The notes: a model not told the origin generated them from the sequence alone. DNA of 64,000 bases from Eledone cirrhosa (GCA_964016885.1 OZ024745.1:65720001-65784000); one strand, 5' to 3'. Shown: positions 47,071 to 62,154, counted from the stretch's first letter. A program made the numbers and translations.

Positions 47071-49506
47071 TACATATATATTAATATATATATATATATA
47101 TATAATTAATATATATATATATATTAATGCAGCTTTTCTACATTCTCTGCATTCTGAACTCGAGAAGAAATCTTATAAACAATTAACATTTGTAAAATTA
47201 TCACCTTTCGACTGTAGATGCAAGACCAGACATTTCCCACCAACATTTGCAGTTTTTATAAAACGGTTGTGGTTTTACGGTTGAGCGATTAGATCTCATC
47301 ATCGAGAAAATGTGTGTCCCTTTATAAGCAAAATAAAAAGGTTCGGTCGAATATTACTAAAATACTTAGACCAATTTAATTAAATATATCTTCAGCAATA
47401 ATGTTTAGCTAAGAGCCTAAGAAAAACGCCCTCACTACTGTTACTGCTGTTTATTTTATTATTTTATTTTTTTTGTTTATGTGAATTGCATATTACTGTA
47501 AATATCAGTATAAATGCTTGGGTATAGTTAGCTCCTTTATTGTATGTCCTATATGATGACGGCCATCTTCCATTGAATAAATCAAAGCAAGAATACGTCA
47601 CGTAGAATTAGCCAGTGTCTGGATTTATATATATAGAATGAACCGGATTTGGTGCAAGCCACTAACGTATTTCTTCCTCATCGTTTGCCTTGTATTTTTA
47701 TAGCAGCAGACAATCCAAATACGATAAGAAAAACAGCGTTTATTCTTTTTTATCGATATTACTGTTATTTCTACTCTATTTGCTGATACTTCCTTATCTG
47801 ATGACCAGATCAGTCATCGTATGATTTTTATTTTTTTTCATGTTAACAACAGTGCCATGCAATTAGCCAATGTTTCGTTATCTACTCTATGTGCGTTGCT
47901 GTGGCCCAGTAAACAAATACATTATTCTTATCATATTTTGCAGTACTTGCTGTGTGAGTTGTGATTGAAATTTGTGTTGTGTGAGTTATACCATTTTGTT
48001 AAAAGTGCCTCACACAAAATATATAATGTGCTTATAAAATTAGTATTTATCATATCTAGAGTTGATATATTTAGTGGATTGGTTTGGAGAAAAAGTGTTC
48101 CTAGTCCTGTGAGATTGCCACACTTAACATCCGTATTGAACAATTGCAAGTTAACGGCTGCAGTAAAATATTGTACTGGGAGGGAATTCCAGAAAATTAA
48201 TGCTCAAAGTAGGAACAGGGCCATATAGGTTATTACGAAGAAGCACAAGGAAGGTGTATGTCTGTTTCCAGCCAGATCTGAGGAACACAATCTGAGGAAC
48301 AAGATGTCGAAGAGGATAAGTTAGCGATTTCTTGCCACATTTTCATCTTTATTTGTTCATTACATGAGATAAATTTACTAATATGAACGAAATTTATACA
48401 TACTCCGATTAGTATCATGAATTAAGTACAATTTATTTTCATTTCTGAACCTATCTGTTTGACTAATTTATACATTTTTGTTCTACATAGACGAAGAACA
48501 AGCTGTCAAAGATTGACAAACACCAGCTCTAAGGAAAGCTCTGCCTGACGCAAGACGGAAAGTGGTTGCACCTGAAAGCAAACACCGGTATGCACGCAGA
48601 TAAATTTTGTTTCAAATCACAGAATTACGTCCAACAGATAACGGTCATTAGTTACTGTAAGGGCTTGATTAACCGAATCAAAATAATAGATCTTAAATGA
48701 TTTAGATAATTAACTACACGACACCTTCTAAAATCTCCTAACATAAGATTTATTGCTTATAAAACAAAGGATGTATTTAACCCAAACATTGCAATATGCA
48801 CCATACTCCTATCTATCAACATCATTAATACATACAGATTCCATTAGTTGTTGTCCTTTAACTTAGCCGTTAATTTATACCTTAAGATTGACAAGTACCG
48901 AACCAATAGAAATTCTCATGTATTTAAAATATAACCTATTTATAATGTTAAACTTAATAGCATAAATCGCAGAATAATCTTTAACTTTTCTATAGACATA
49001 GTTATATTCAACACAGTTGCATACCATTACAGTGAGGCTTTAACTACAAGTGGCTTTAACCAGGTATTGGTTTACACGAATGAACGGTTCTTGGTTCAGT
49101 CATTCATCTAAACTAGATGTTTCTCCAAGTATATTCAGGAACTACATATTTCTTATTACGTACCATTCGCAATAACAGATATATTTAACAAACGTTTTAA
49201 TATACACATTAATAAGGTTGTGTAGAAAGTATCGCTTTCACGATAGTATGCTACAACAGAAGAAAACAAATATCTATGCTGTCTTTGTTCTAGGTCACCA
49301 GCCTAAATCTGCCAGGATTAATCCACTTATTCATTGAGACGAGTCAGTGACTTATAGTGTGACCTTCCCTTCACTTGATAGTAGGTTTGTGACTTGTCAA
49401 ATCATCTGCCTATCATAAGAGTAAGCGACTAAGGCCTTCTTTAAGCAATAAATCGTACTTTATCTTGGTAGCAAATGTGAAAGATATAACTGGAAATAAC
49501 ATCATC

Positions 49507-49680
49507 ATCGGTAGAGGGTCGGACGCCATGCTTTGCAGCAAAAAGTTACGTCCCTTTCCATTCTCAGTTCAAATCCCGCTGAGGTCAACTTTGCCTTTCA
49601 TCCTTACGGGGTCGATAAAATAAAGTACCAGTAATGCACTGGTTAATTGCTGGCCTTGTGCCAAAAGTAGAAATAATTAT
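49507..49680 (+). mobile_element. SINE (major family)
   Basis: Same B-box and core as 10126. Confidence 0.85.
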
Positions 49681-50692
49681 ATATATACACAAGGGCGGAA
49701 TCGAATCAACGACATTATCATCGTAAGTCCAACGCTCATACCTCTAGTCCACGCACCTTCACGGAGTCAATAACATTTAATACTAATTAACTACTGGAGT
49801 CAATGTAATCGAATTTCCTCCCCCCAGGAATTGCAGGCCTTCTGCCTAATTTAGAGATCATTAATTATTTCCGGGTATACAATTTATTATCACATTTCAC
49901 AAACATACAATAAGAGTTCATTTTGTTTATTTGTAATGTTTTAAATAATTGCTTTATTGAAATATTAACTTTCTTTGAAAGTCACTTGAAATATTATAGA
50001 GAAAAACTCGAGCTGGGTACGGCTGGAAGGATTTCATCAAGGTGTATACTAAATTAGACGAACACGAAGCCAAACAATATCACTAACTCTACTGACACGA
50101 CATAGTACAACAATTTGTTAAGACAAAAAGATTTGATAATGCTGAATTCTCAGTCCATAACACTTCCAACTAACTCCCTATTCACGTGTAGTCTGAAATT
50201 CCTAGTGACATACAAAAAACTTGGTAAAAGATATTCCAGTTGTCTATTTAACCATGCACTCCGCCCTCCAAACACACACTCACGTACACATACACACACC
50301 ACCACCAACACCCCACAAACACAAACAGACACACGCACATACGCACAAACATACAAAGACATACGCCCACCTTCGCTTATGCATAAAACATTACGTAATG
50401 ATGGCAGGGGGTGTTATATATCCGCATATTGCATTTAAATTATACGGGGTTCTTATTTCATAACCCGGTAGTCGTTAATCACACAGATATAGAATTATTA
50501 TTCTTGTTATTTTTATGTATTTGTATTTCGCTACGACTTGTTGCTAAGCATCGAGTAATAATATCCGTCTTTCTAATTTCCGTTTGCTTAATGCCGCATA
50601 TACAGCCACATACAGTGTGAATACAAACACACTAACCCGCATACTCCCATACATACACGCATATATACTTATATATGCGTGTATCTATGTGA

Positions 50693-50732
<40 letters not shown>

Positions 50733-51089
50733 ATGTAACATCAGCATCTTTCTTAATGTTATTCTTATATATATATATATATATGCGTGTGTGTGTGTGT
50801 TATATCACATTTTTTGTCATATTTTTCCATGTCTCCTAATCTTCCTCATATTGCTGACACAATATATATACATTCCAATAAAATGGAAAAAATGCTGTTG
50901 CGTTTCTGGCATTAATTATGGTGGAGAAAACAAATGGTTTAATATTTTTATCATCCAACAAAATCTTGAAACTATCACACACAGACACACACGTACAAAA
51001 TCTATAAGGACAATACTGTTATTATAATGAGTTTTCCATACGCAGTCATTCGGTATTTTAGATATAGCAGCTGAATTCGCATGAATTAC

Positions 51090-51170
<81 letters not shown>

Positions 51171-51171
51171 G

Positions 51172-51359
51172 AGAATGTATGACCAGGACGGCAGAGCTCA
51201 AGCCGTTTTGACGGCTATTTCTGGTCCAGAAATAGCCGTCGAAACGGCTTGAGCTCTGCCGTCGGGGTCATACTTTCTCCTATTACCCACTCTACTACCC
51301 TAAGTATTGAGTACTCTGGTGTGTTATGGTCCATCTGGTTCCTTACCACAACTCCTTCG

Positions 51360-51361
<2 letters not shown>
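51172..51361 (+). mobile_element. Fold-back terminus with half hammerhead (34596 family)
   Basis: Palindrome at ~51172-51278; GAAA cggc ttgagctct gccg TC ggggtc; inside (TA)n. Confidence 0.7.
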
Positions 51362-51416
<55 letters not shown>

Positions 51417-51421
<5 letters not shown>

Positions 51422-52730
51422 AGTTCTATGAGGGTCTACCCTTCCAAACACCCTAACAATAGACTACCTGTATTAGAAACGGAACTCTCGATTAACACTA
51501 TAGACGAGAGAGCCCAAATTCCCACACTATGCTAAACCCATGGCCTCCAAATACCTGATACTCAAAGTCTCAGCAATGTCCAGTAGTTCTAAGTTTAATA
51601 TTCTGATCGCAGACTTTGTACGAGTTATGAAGAACGTGTCCCGCATGTGCGACCCAACAGAAATGGAAAGACACATCCAACACTTCATCAACCGCATGCA
51701 GTTCTCTGGCTACAACAAAAGAGACAGAATCAGAGTATACGAAGGAGCCATGGAGAAGTATAAGACCCTCATAGAACTGGCCATCAAAGGAATTTGCCCA
51801 TTATAGAGCAGCAAATCATGGAATAGCTTAGATAGGACTAAACATAAGATAGGGAAAGCCACCTCATGGTACGACAACCAGAGATATCAGAGTGTCATGT
51901 TTGTGGACGCTACCCCTGGAGGGAAAGTAGCTAACCAGTGTAGAAAGGCCCTGAGAAAGACTCACTTAAAGATTAAGGTGGTAGAAAAGCCAAGAACCAC
52001 TATAAAATCCCTGATCAGCAAAACCTACCCTTTAAGAAAACCCACTGTACTAATAGGAAATGTAAACCCCCGGATAAACTGTGAAACTAGAAACGTAGTC
52101 TATATCATAAGATGTACAGAGGGTACTTGGAGAAACATGACAACAACATACATAGGCGAGACAGCTCGTAGCATAGGTGAAAGGATAGACCAACACTGGG
52201 GGGGGGGGGGGGGGGCTAAAAGGACGAAAAAACAGTTCAGTACTATACGAACATGCCAGACAACAACACGACGGTAACATAGACAACATAGAAATTAGAA
52301 TAATATCTAAACATAGAAATGACCCAGCAGATAGGCAAATCAGAGAGGCCAGCGAAATAGAACTTAGAAGACCAAGGCTAAACAGAAAAAATGAATGGAA
52401 TAACAACAACACCCAAACAAACAACACTGACCTAAGAGAAGTATAAATAAATAAATAAATAAATAAATACATACACAAGCACAATAACAGCGAACACATA
52501 AACACACACTAGTAAACTAAGATAGAATACAATAACCAATACAGTCACCCAAACACGAACACACATAAAAAAACACACAAACGCATGCGCAGAGAAGACA
52601 AAAAAATAAACAAATAAATAAATAAATAAACAGACTAAATAAAGATGGCGTAAGCATACAATACAACGGGAGGAAACAATAGCACCACTGACGATGTTAC
52701 AGATGTGCAACGAAAGAACTTTGTTAGACT
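51417..52730 (+). mobile_element. 5'-truncated PLE: RT thumb/C-terminus + GIY-YIG pseudogene + 3' UTR with degenerate HHR
   Basis: RLPVLETEL...KPMASKYLI..SAM...MQFSGY...MFVDATPGG...NCETRNVVYIIRC...TYIGETARSIGERIDQH...DRQIREA, with stops and frameshifts. CTGACGA tgttaca..tgcaac GAAA at 52688-52715. Confidence 0.85.
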
Positions 52731-52981
52731 ATATATATGTGTTTGTGTCTATATTGTATCTGTATTTTTGACCGTTGGTCAGTCAATGGTAACATTGAGG
52801 ACCGAATAAATTAAATTAACCGATATAAAAGACACAGAAGTGAAAACCAACCAAACAGTGAGTGTGTTTGTTATTAATTCTGGCAATATTATTACACAAA
52901 TATGTCCCTCCCCAAGTATAACAATATTTGTTTCGACATACGATTTCATATCAAAAACGTCGGAAAACTAATTCATCGCCG

Positions 52982-53027
<46 letters not shown>

Positions 53028-53284
53028 TTATTTTATTGATTCTGGGAGAAGAAAAGTAAATTCCAACATTCTAGAATTCTGGATCGATGAAATAAAACCC
53101 AGATATGTATTGGTTAACTACGATATATTGCGACCAGTTCTTTGGGAAGAAAACATCATTCTTCGGGACTGGGCATATCAAAAGACTGTCTGATGATGTT
53201 ATAACTGTTGAATAAAGCTTATCACCGATTTAACAGCGAATATGATAAACGAGGTTAATTTTAACCTGCTGACTTACACTTCTT

Positions 53285-53335
<51 letters not shown>

Positions 53336-54602
53336 TGTGTGTGTGTGTGTGTGCGTGCGTGTGTGTATGTCTGTTTGTGTGTGTGTGTATATATATAAAT
53401 ATCAATATTATTTTTTAAAGTGAATCTCGAACCCCATTGTTACACTAGAATGTTTCTTGTGTACTCACAAGTACGTCAGAGAAGATGAGTTATTCTGTGG
53501 GTGGAGAGGCGTGCATATAAAAACTACCGGCATGGAATAAAGTATGGGGCTGACTTCTCTCTAGGTAGGAATAACAGTAGAAGGATACACAGAATCGGAT
53601 GGGAAAATACTAAGCACACACACGCATACGCACACGCACATAAACACAAATATGAGTGTGTGTATATGTGTGTGCATATATGTGTGTATGTGTGTGTATA
53701 GATTGTCACACGATCACCAAACGTTATTTAAATGTAAAGAAAATAATAATAATCAGATTCCATGTATTTGCAACAATAAGGTCAATGAAGTGTGTAACGT
53801 TGACAATTGAAGAAAGATCGAGTAGCAATATTCAGTGGCTGCAAATTCGATCAAACAATCGAAAGAAGAAAGAGTGAGCATCAATTGTCAGTTTTTACAA
53901 AGACAGTCAACCAATAAAACTGACAAGAAACAAATACAAACGAAAGTGTAGTGACATACACATCAACTATGAGATTCTAGCATACTGTGCTGTCTAATGT
54001 ACCGAGCTCTCTCTTCCGACATGAACAATTTCAGCAGTTAATAAGAAAATATTAGAAGATGCTACAATTCACATGCAAATTTATTGGACATGAATTTATG
54101 TTGAAATGAAGCATAGAGATATTAAAGATAAATTCCCCTGACACGAAGTTTTTTAGAAATGCACATTTTTTTCTCAACTCAGATGAAAAAGAAGTAGCAT
54201 CCTGGGCAAGAGAAAGTCTTGTACAGTCACACTTTTAAGGCCTCCTAAACCAACACCTACACAGACCCATATATATATATATATAAATGTGTGTGTGTGT
54301 GTATTTATAAGCGGAGGAGTACTGGCATGGCCATTAATGTCATGCTCTAATGTGTATTTAATAAATAGGCAATGTTACATGAATATTGTATAGTTCAAAT
54401 AATTAGCTCATAAATTTACTCTAAATGAGAATACTGACAGCGGAATGATATATAATAAAGGAAGTCTCTTCTAACATATATCATTAGAAATAATATTTCA
54501 ATAAATATTAAGAACATTTATGGACACTGGAATGGCAGAAAATTTATGAGTAGTGGATTGACAGAATCGCTAAAGCATAGTTTGTTTAAGATATGATTTC
54601 GT

Positions 54603-54752
54603 ATAACGCTGAGTTTATATCTGCCGTTCGTTATTTCGTTTAAGGTCTAATTTCGCATAACATAGCGCTGAGTTTAAATATAACTTTAGTTATTTCGTTT
54701 AAGGTCTAATTTCACATAACATAACGCTGAGTTTAAATATAACTTTCGTTAT
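54603..54752. repeat. ~58-bp tandem repeat, ~2.5 copies
   Basis: ataacgctgagtttaaatataacttt.gttatttcgtttaaggtctaatttc repeated. Confidence 0.8.
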
Positions 54753-54879
54753 TTTTGATAAATCAGAGTACTAATCAGGAAGACAATACCTGCTTAAAAA
54801 TTGTGTTCCTTTATGTTTAGATCGGAAATCGAGATTTGAACAAGTATCAATTAATGGGTTCTGACTGAGGCACTTTGCC

Positions 54880-55070
54880 AAGAATTTGTGGGGAGGGGAA
54901 AGTTGATAAAATCAACCACAATGCATTACTCGTATTTTATTTTATTGACGCCGTAAGGATAAAAGTCAAAGCTAATCTCGACGGGATTTGAACTCAGAAC
55001 GTAAAGAGACGTAACTATATGCCACAAAGCATGTTGTCCGATGCTCTACGGTTACAACCAATACACTGCT
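54880..55070 (-). mobile_element. SINE (major family)
   Basis: Reverse complement of the core: taaggataaaagtcaaagctaatctcgacgggatttgaactcagaacg. Confidence 0.75.
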
Positions 55071-56084
55071 CTAAGCGAAAGTTTTAATTAATAGAAATGC
55101 CACTGGCTTCGGACAAACTATAGGGTTGCCCACATTGCGGAATTTAGTTTTGTCCTTTTAAATTCCAAATACATACATTACAGCCTTTGCCTGTCTCCCA
55201 AGCATCATAGTAAATAAACTCTTTGAACTTTATTTGGAATACATTATTTAGCCATACGAAAGCAGTTAGGTCCGAGGATTGTATTTTTTTTATATTTCAA
55301 TTAACCGTGCCAAGTTTCGTTATTGTATAGCATTATGGCCTGAAGTTAACCTACCATTTTCCAAGTATTTTACTAAATAAGCAAGTAAATTACAAGAGTA
55401 TAAGTAGAAAAAATACCAAAATCAAATATGCATTACTGTCTATATTAATGCATGATGAAATATACATTCTAAGATACTAAAGACTCCAGACCGGATACTG
55501 AAAAAATTAATCATGCAAGCAAAGAAGTGCTCGATATTTCCTTTTTTAGAAAGTGGGATATACTGGATTAGGAAATAATAAAAGCAGTTTGCAATGTTAA
55601 AACATTGAAGCAGGTGTAGTAAAAACTCGAACTAATATCGTCGACTATTTATCGCAGGAATCAATTATGTTACTATAGTTATCAACTAAACTCTATAAAC
55701 ACGCAGAAGCATCTGCTTACATTCTATTAGCAAATGGGATGTTTAAAATACTCTTTTTGCGTGAGTGGATCTGTCGATATAGGATCACCTGACATGTAAC
55801 ATTCGTCATATGTATAATGTTGCTTTCTTTTTGTATATTTAACTGGGGCCTATATTTACTGAATGTAAGAGTGAGGTTATTGAATGTATTTGAATTAAGA
55901 GCAGTAAATCAAATTAATAAATAATGAGATTTGACAAAATAATTCATGCTGAATATAAAATAACATATTTTCCTTTCTTTTCGAGTGATGACGATTTCGG
56001 TATGAGAAAGGAAGATCCATAATAACAACTGATTATTTATTTTAACTATTCATTCAGATATGTGAAGAAACAGGATGAATTATA

Positions 56085-56161
56085 CAGGGTGCAGCAAAAA
56101 GACCCCCCACATTTTAATGGTTGACCGTGTAACATATGGGAGGATTTTTTGCCGCACCCTG
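56085..56161. mobile_element. Tc1/mariner-type MITE (77 bp)
   Basis: TA|cagggtgcagcaaaaa...tttttgccgcaccctg|TA. Confidence 0.8.
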
Positions 56162-56899
56162 TAGTAGAAGTCTCGATGAAATGGCATATAGATTTAGAAT
56201 ATTTATCTTTTGATTTCAAATCTAGATGAGGTTCAATTTTTTACTTTATTTTTCCACGCCTGTGAATCCAGAGATGTAACTATCATTACAGTTCCATTAC
56301 AAATTTATTAGTGTTACCTTTGTTTTTCTGATAACAATCCGTCTGTTATTTCAAGATTGGCATTAACCCAAAGAAAGAAGGCCAATTTCTCAATGTAGTA
56401 CCGTTATATAGAACATCACTCACGTTTACATCGATACACTTATTTTACTCATTAAAAGAGGCCATATTGAGGCATCAACTTCTACAGTATAACCGATTAG
56501 GACAGCTATTTAAAGCCTTCGTATAAAAATAAAATAAAAGATGAAACTAATCTTAGTGTATTTTATTACAATTTAATTCACATTTACAGTGCATTAAGGG
56601 GATTTAAAACTAGTCTATACCTAAATGGCATGTTATTACGTAATCTCTGAAAATATAAAATTCGAATTTAACTTTGAGTGCATTTGAACTCAGAAAGTAA
56701 ACAATGTACTTTGTCCGTGGCTCTAACGAATTTACCTTCACTTCACAAGATAACAACTATCTATGTGGTATCCGTTTTTGCAATCGATCCCAAGATGGAA
56801 GAACAATGGCCACATGCTTTGATACAGGAATAAAGAATATTGATTAGTTCAAACTCTTTCAAATTTAGTTTGAAATACAGTAGAGTAATGGTAGAGAGA

Positions 56900-57250
56900 T
56901 AGGGAATTTACGAAGGTGATGAGAAAGGAAAAGGCCATAACATAAACAAAGGAAGCGTTTTACGGATGTCATAAAAGGCAATCATAAAGCTATGAGGATA
57001 AATATGGATAGATGCGAGGCATTTACCGAAAGCCCTACATAATGGAACAAAGATTATCATGAACGGGTGTGATGTCTTTGAGTAAATGTGAGTGGAGTAC
57101 GCTGTTTTGAAGCGTTCATACCACAAGCAAAGCCCAAGTGCACTGGTTGCAGAAATTCAGCAGGAATTGAAGGACAATGTGTATGGTTGATTTCTTCTCC
57201 CAAGAGCTGGATTTATGGGTAGACAAGTAGCCCAGCGTACTTATATGTCT
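56900..57250 (+). mobile_element. Decayed RTE/BovB-like LINE 3' fragment
   Basis: RKRP*HKQRKRFTDVIKGNHKAMRINMDRCEAFTESPT*W resembles an RTE C-terminus. Confidence 0.5.
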
Positions 57251-57516
57251 GCAGAAATAATGGCAGATAAATGAGGCACGATTGTCTTGTTTTTGTTTCA
57301 AACTATGCATCGTCTATACAAAATACATCTGCAAGTTTGATGAGCCGATATTTAAGGAGGATCTAACGGAATATTTCGTATTATATATATATATTCGTGA
57401 CAATAACATCACGAAGTATCAAATTTCGTTACACGCAACAGGAATGCATGGTTTCCATAGCTGCAGTTTGCACTCTTACATAGAAAATACACGCACACAC
57501 CCACCACACACGCGCA

Positions 57517-57586
<70 letters not shown>

Positions 57587-57662
57587 CATGTAAATTTATA
57601 CATACCTCCACCCCCATATATATATATATACATATATTTATATATATACGAATTTATATATA

Positions 57663-57908
57663 TCATCATCATCATCATTCGTCGACTACTGTCGAGATGA
57701 TGGATCTCACTCTCATGCCCCAGAATTCCCTGTCCCCCATCGCTGCCCCCAGGTCCTGTCTACTGATTCCCGTATCCCTAGAGATAACGTCAGGGAATGA
57801 CAGCTTCCTACTCCTAGTCAGGCTGTAGTCAGGGTTCCAGAGCAAGAGAGCGGATATGATTTCATTGCTGGCACGGTGACAGTGGCCAGCAAATTGAGCT
57901 CTCCGAAT
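57663..57908 (-). mobile_element. RTE-type LINE 3' end with (TGA)n tail
   Basis: rc: RRAQFAGHCHRASNEIISALLLWNP...FPDVISRDTGISRQDLGAAMGDREFW...* followed by (tga)n. Confidence 0.85.
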
Positions 57909-58232
57909 GAATGTATGTATAGTATATTTGGCAATATACGGTATGTTTAATTAAAAACATTTAGAAGACCATTCGCTATCAGTTTTAAAGTAGTGACTAT
58001 GTCACTTACTTATTTAATTTTGGCAAAGGCTGGGGAAGAGGCTGACAGCTGTTTCTCGCTGATTGGCGTTTATCAAAGCCACGCACTCACCCGACTTACA
58101 CAAAAATTATAGAAGCTGGATTCTAATATATTTCCAGTAATAATCAGGAGCTGATTACACAGAGTGATTGCCGGTCCAGCAAAAATTAAGTATTAGTATT
58201 GATGCTCTGAAATAGCGATGTATACATGAATA
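57909..58232 (-). mobile_element. Diverged monomer of the 319-bp retrozyme-like family with degenerate HHR (58040-58080)
   Basis: Shares ttttaaagtagtgactatgtcacttactt and ccagtaataatcagga.ctgatta with the 16.2-16.9 kb element. rc: ggct TTGATAA acgc caatca gcga GAAA cagctg TC agcc. Confidence 0.7.
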
Positions 58233-58552
58233 TATTTGGAGACACAACCAAATATGGAGAGATGGAGAGAAGTTGAATAAGGCAAACGAGAAGAACATTT
58301 ATCTTCAATATTTCGTAATTGGTGTATCGTGTTAGCATTTCTTAATGAATTTTTGGTAATTCGGTACCGATACATACATGCACGCTTATATGCATACAAA
58401 CACACACACATCCACACACATGCATATCTATCTATCTCTATATATATATGTACAGTATATATATATATATATGTAGGAGGTGAGTTTTATTGTAGCACAA
58501 TAGAGCAATGCAAATATCGGATATGTAGCACTCAACAGTTTATTGGACTGGA

Positions 58553-58667
58553 GTATATATAAGAAAAAATTAAAAGATGGTTAAAAAAGTTCCATGTATT
58601 TTATTATGCGAAATAATAAAATACTTGGAACTTTTTTAACCATCTTTTAATTTCTTCTTATATATAT
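58553..58667. repeat. ~110-bp near-perfect palindrome with TA ends
   Basis: aagaaaaaattaaaagatggttaaaaaagttcca.gtattttattat / ataataaaatacttggaacttttttaaccatcttttaatttcttctt. Confidence 0.85.
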
Positions 58668-58692
58668 ATGTAGAGGTTATATTTAATTTGTT

Positions 58693-58740
<48 letters not shown>

Positions 58741-58970
58741 GATAGAGAGAGAAATTGAGAGACACATACGGAGGGAGAAAATGCTGGAAGCTCAGACGCG
58801 GATAGTGACTAAAACTGCTCTAACTGTTCACACAATATTAGGTAAAATATTACATGTTTAATACTTGATAAGATTGACAAATTCATTTAATTTAACGAAT
58901 AAAGAAATATTTTTTTCTTTAGGATTAAACAAAAACAAATACACCTGAACTTTTCCATGTTTACCTCTTA

Positions 58971-59045
<75 letters not shown>

Positions 59046-59066
59046 GTATTATATGTGTACACACAG

Positions 59067-59120
<54 letters not shown>

Positions 59121-59254
59121 CAATTAATCTCAATAATGACTTACTGTAAAGATTTGAACTTTAATAAATACAAACCACCAGTGAAGTTATTCTTCTCTTT
59201 TTCCAAATACACTTCATTTTAGCATTCTTTTCTCCCCCACATCTCTCTCTCTCT

Positions 59255-59317
<63 letters not shown>

Positions 59318-59717
59318 GAGGTAATTCCGTCGGAAAAGTCCAGGAAAAAAGAGTGCTCTATGTAGGTAACAGAGCTTAATTATTATTATTATGTAATAAA
59401 CAACATAAGGCAATTATTCCATTTACCAGTGGTTTTGCTTTCAATCCTCAGAATGAAAACATCCTGGTTTGTTTATTGAATTTGGATTTAAAAAAACAAA
59501 AATGCAATCTATATGAAAGTGAGGCTGGAGAAGGAAGAAGGAAAATAAAAATAAAATAAAACTACACATGCAAACACACACACAAAAAAAACACAAAAGC
59601 ATACATACACACACATATATATATATACATATATATATACAAATATACATATACACATATATATACATACATATATATACACACACACATACATACACAT
59701 ATACACATACATACACT

Positions 59718-59833
<116 letters not shown>

Positions 59834-60249
59834 TATGCATACATATATGTGTGTACAAGCATACACATATACAAACATAGCCATACACACACATATATAT
59901 ATACATACATACATTCACACAATCATACATATATACACACGTACATACATACACATACATAAATGCACTCCTCTACATATTCACACACGCAAATAAATAT
60001 AAAATATATATATATATATATATATTAAAAATATTTGACACCGTTACATAAGGCAGCTAACTGGACAGACACGCGTGGTAAGTAATACACACAAATGCAC
60101 GTATACATACGTACGAAATAGTAAACACATACACACACTCTCACACATAAATATACATATACAAATACATAAACACATACATACACATACATGCACAAAC
60201 ACGCACACGTATACAATATATACACACACATATGTATATGTAATTATAT

Positions 60250-60300
<51 letters not shown>

Positions 60301-60420
60301 AACACAAACACACACACACAGATATATGTATACATACACACACATAACCATACATAGCTAAACAATTATACACATACAAATACGTACATATCATAAACAC
60401 GCACAACCAAATACACACAC

Positions 60421-60451
<31 letters not shown>

Positions 60452-60812
60452 CACACGCACATATATATACATATATATATATATACATATATATACACAT
60501 GCATACACATACACACACACATACATGTGTGTATGTGTAAAACTCAGTCTTAGATAATTCATATGAACCTTACATATACATATATATAGTAGTAAAGTAA
60601 TAATGCAACATAAGGCAATTATTCCATTCTACCAGTGGTTTCTTAAAAGCAAAAATTTTTCCTTCAATCTTCAGAATGAAAAAAACCTGGTCTATCCACA
60701 TATACATACATATACACACACAAATATATACATATATATACACATACACATACACACACATACATATATATATATATACATACATATATACATATATATA
60801 TATATACACACA

Positions 60813-61358
60813 AAGATCAGCTACTCTTGTTGCCCATCTATGAAGTCCAAAATCACCAGTTCAAACCGTACGAGGATAAATCCAGGATGCAGTTGCAGGA
60901 AGCCGGATGAATGCCCATTGCAGGGTAAATGTAACACCAAATCTGTCGTTTATGAGGCTAAAATAACACCGGTAATCAACAACCAGCCAGCCAGGAGTGA
61001 GCGATATGTCGGTATGACCCAGGACAGGTTTAAAACCAGATTTTACTCACATGTCGCTTCTTTTAAGCACTCCGATAAACGAACATCAACGGCCCTCGCA
61101 AGCAAGGTGTGGGAACTCAAGGATAGTAACATCCCGTACTCTATTGATTGGTCTATATTAGACCATTCGAGGGAGTACCAAAGGGGCACAAATAATTGTT
61201 CTTTGTGCACCACAGAAAAGTATAGGATTTTGCTAAACTTGAGAGCCACTTCCGCTTGCCTTAACTCAAAGACTGAGATCTTCAGATGCTGTCCTCATCT
61301 GAAATCGCATCTGATCTGTAACTGGATTGACACTCCTATGATAAATCGACCGCCTTGA
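60813..61358 (+). pseudogene. PLE linker Zn-finger + GIY-YIG endonuclease (uninterrupted, 5'-truncated)
   Basis: KISYSCCPSM...CSCRKPDECPLQGKC...VVYEAKI...YVGMTQDRFKTRFYSH..SF...VWELK...IDWSIL...CSLCTTEK..I...LNSKTE...CPH. The N-terminal part of ORF 60603 is read-through from the inverted arm. Confidence 0.9.
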
Positions 61359-61544
61359 ACTCCTTCTCTGCTCTTTACTTCTGCTACGGTTGTTATTTTG
61401 CTGATTCTACGTTCTGTACTCTTGTATATTTACTTATTTTTTTCTCCCTTACCTCCCCTTATATTTCACCTTTTCTTATGTGCCCCCCCCATATATTCTT
61501 TTTGCCCTGCCCTTCACATACCTATGTGTATGTGTATGTATATT

Positions 61545-61587
<43 letters not shown>

Positions 61588-61680
61588 ATATATATATGTA
61601 TGTGTGTGTATGTGTATGTGTATATATATGTATATATTTGTGTATGTATATGTATGCATATGTGGATAGACCAGGTTTTT

Positions 61681-61739
61681 TTCATTCTGAAGATTGAAGG
61701 AAAATTTTTTTGCTTTTAAGAAACCACTGGTGAATGGAA
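61681..61739 (+). ncRNA. Hammerhead module 1 (GUG, probably inactive here; inverted sister at 60622-60680 retains GUA)
   Basis: ttcatt CTGAAGA ttgaagg...cttttaa GAAA ccactgg TG aatgga. Confidence 0.6.
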
Positions 61740-62042
61740 TAATTGCCTTATGTTGCTTTATTACTTTACTACTATATATATGTATATGTAAGGTTCATAT
61801 GAATTATCTAAGACTGAGTTTTACACATACACACATGTATGTGTGTGTGTATGTGTATGCATGTGTATATATATGTATATATATGTGCGTGTGTATATAT
61901 ATATATGTATGTGTGTGTGTGTGTGTGTGTATTTGGTTGTGAGTGTTTATGATATGTACGTATTTGTATGTGTATAATTGTTTAGCTATGTATGGTTATG
62001 TGTGTGTATGTATACATATATGCGTGTGTGTGCGTTTGTGTT

Positions 62043-62154
<112 letters not shown>

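Noticed and set aside
49691-49762. tRNA-like sequence on the minus strand
   Set aside because: Degenerate SINE head, no complete cloverleaf; not a tRNA gene.
53185-53250. CTGATGA in a TA-flanked ~265-bp insert
   Set aside because: Could not place GAAA, stem III or stem I, although the context resembles the other stubs.
61340-61520. SECIS element after the Naiad-like endonuclease
   Set aside because: No convincing AUGA/AA/GA kink-turn hairpin by eye, and this fragment has no in-frame TGA.
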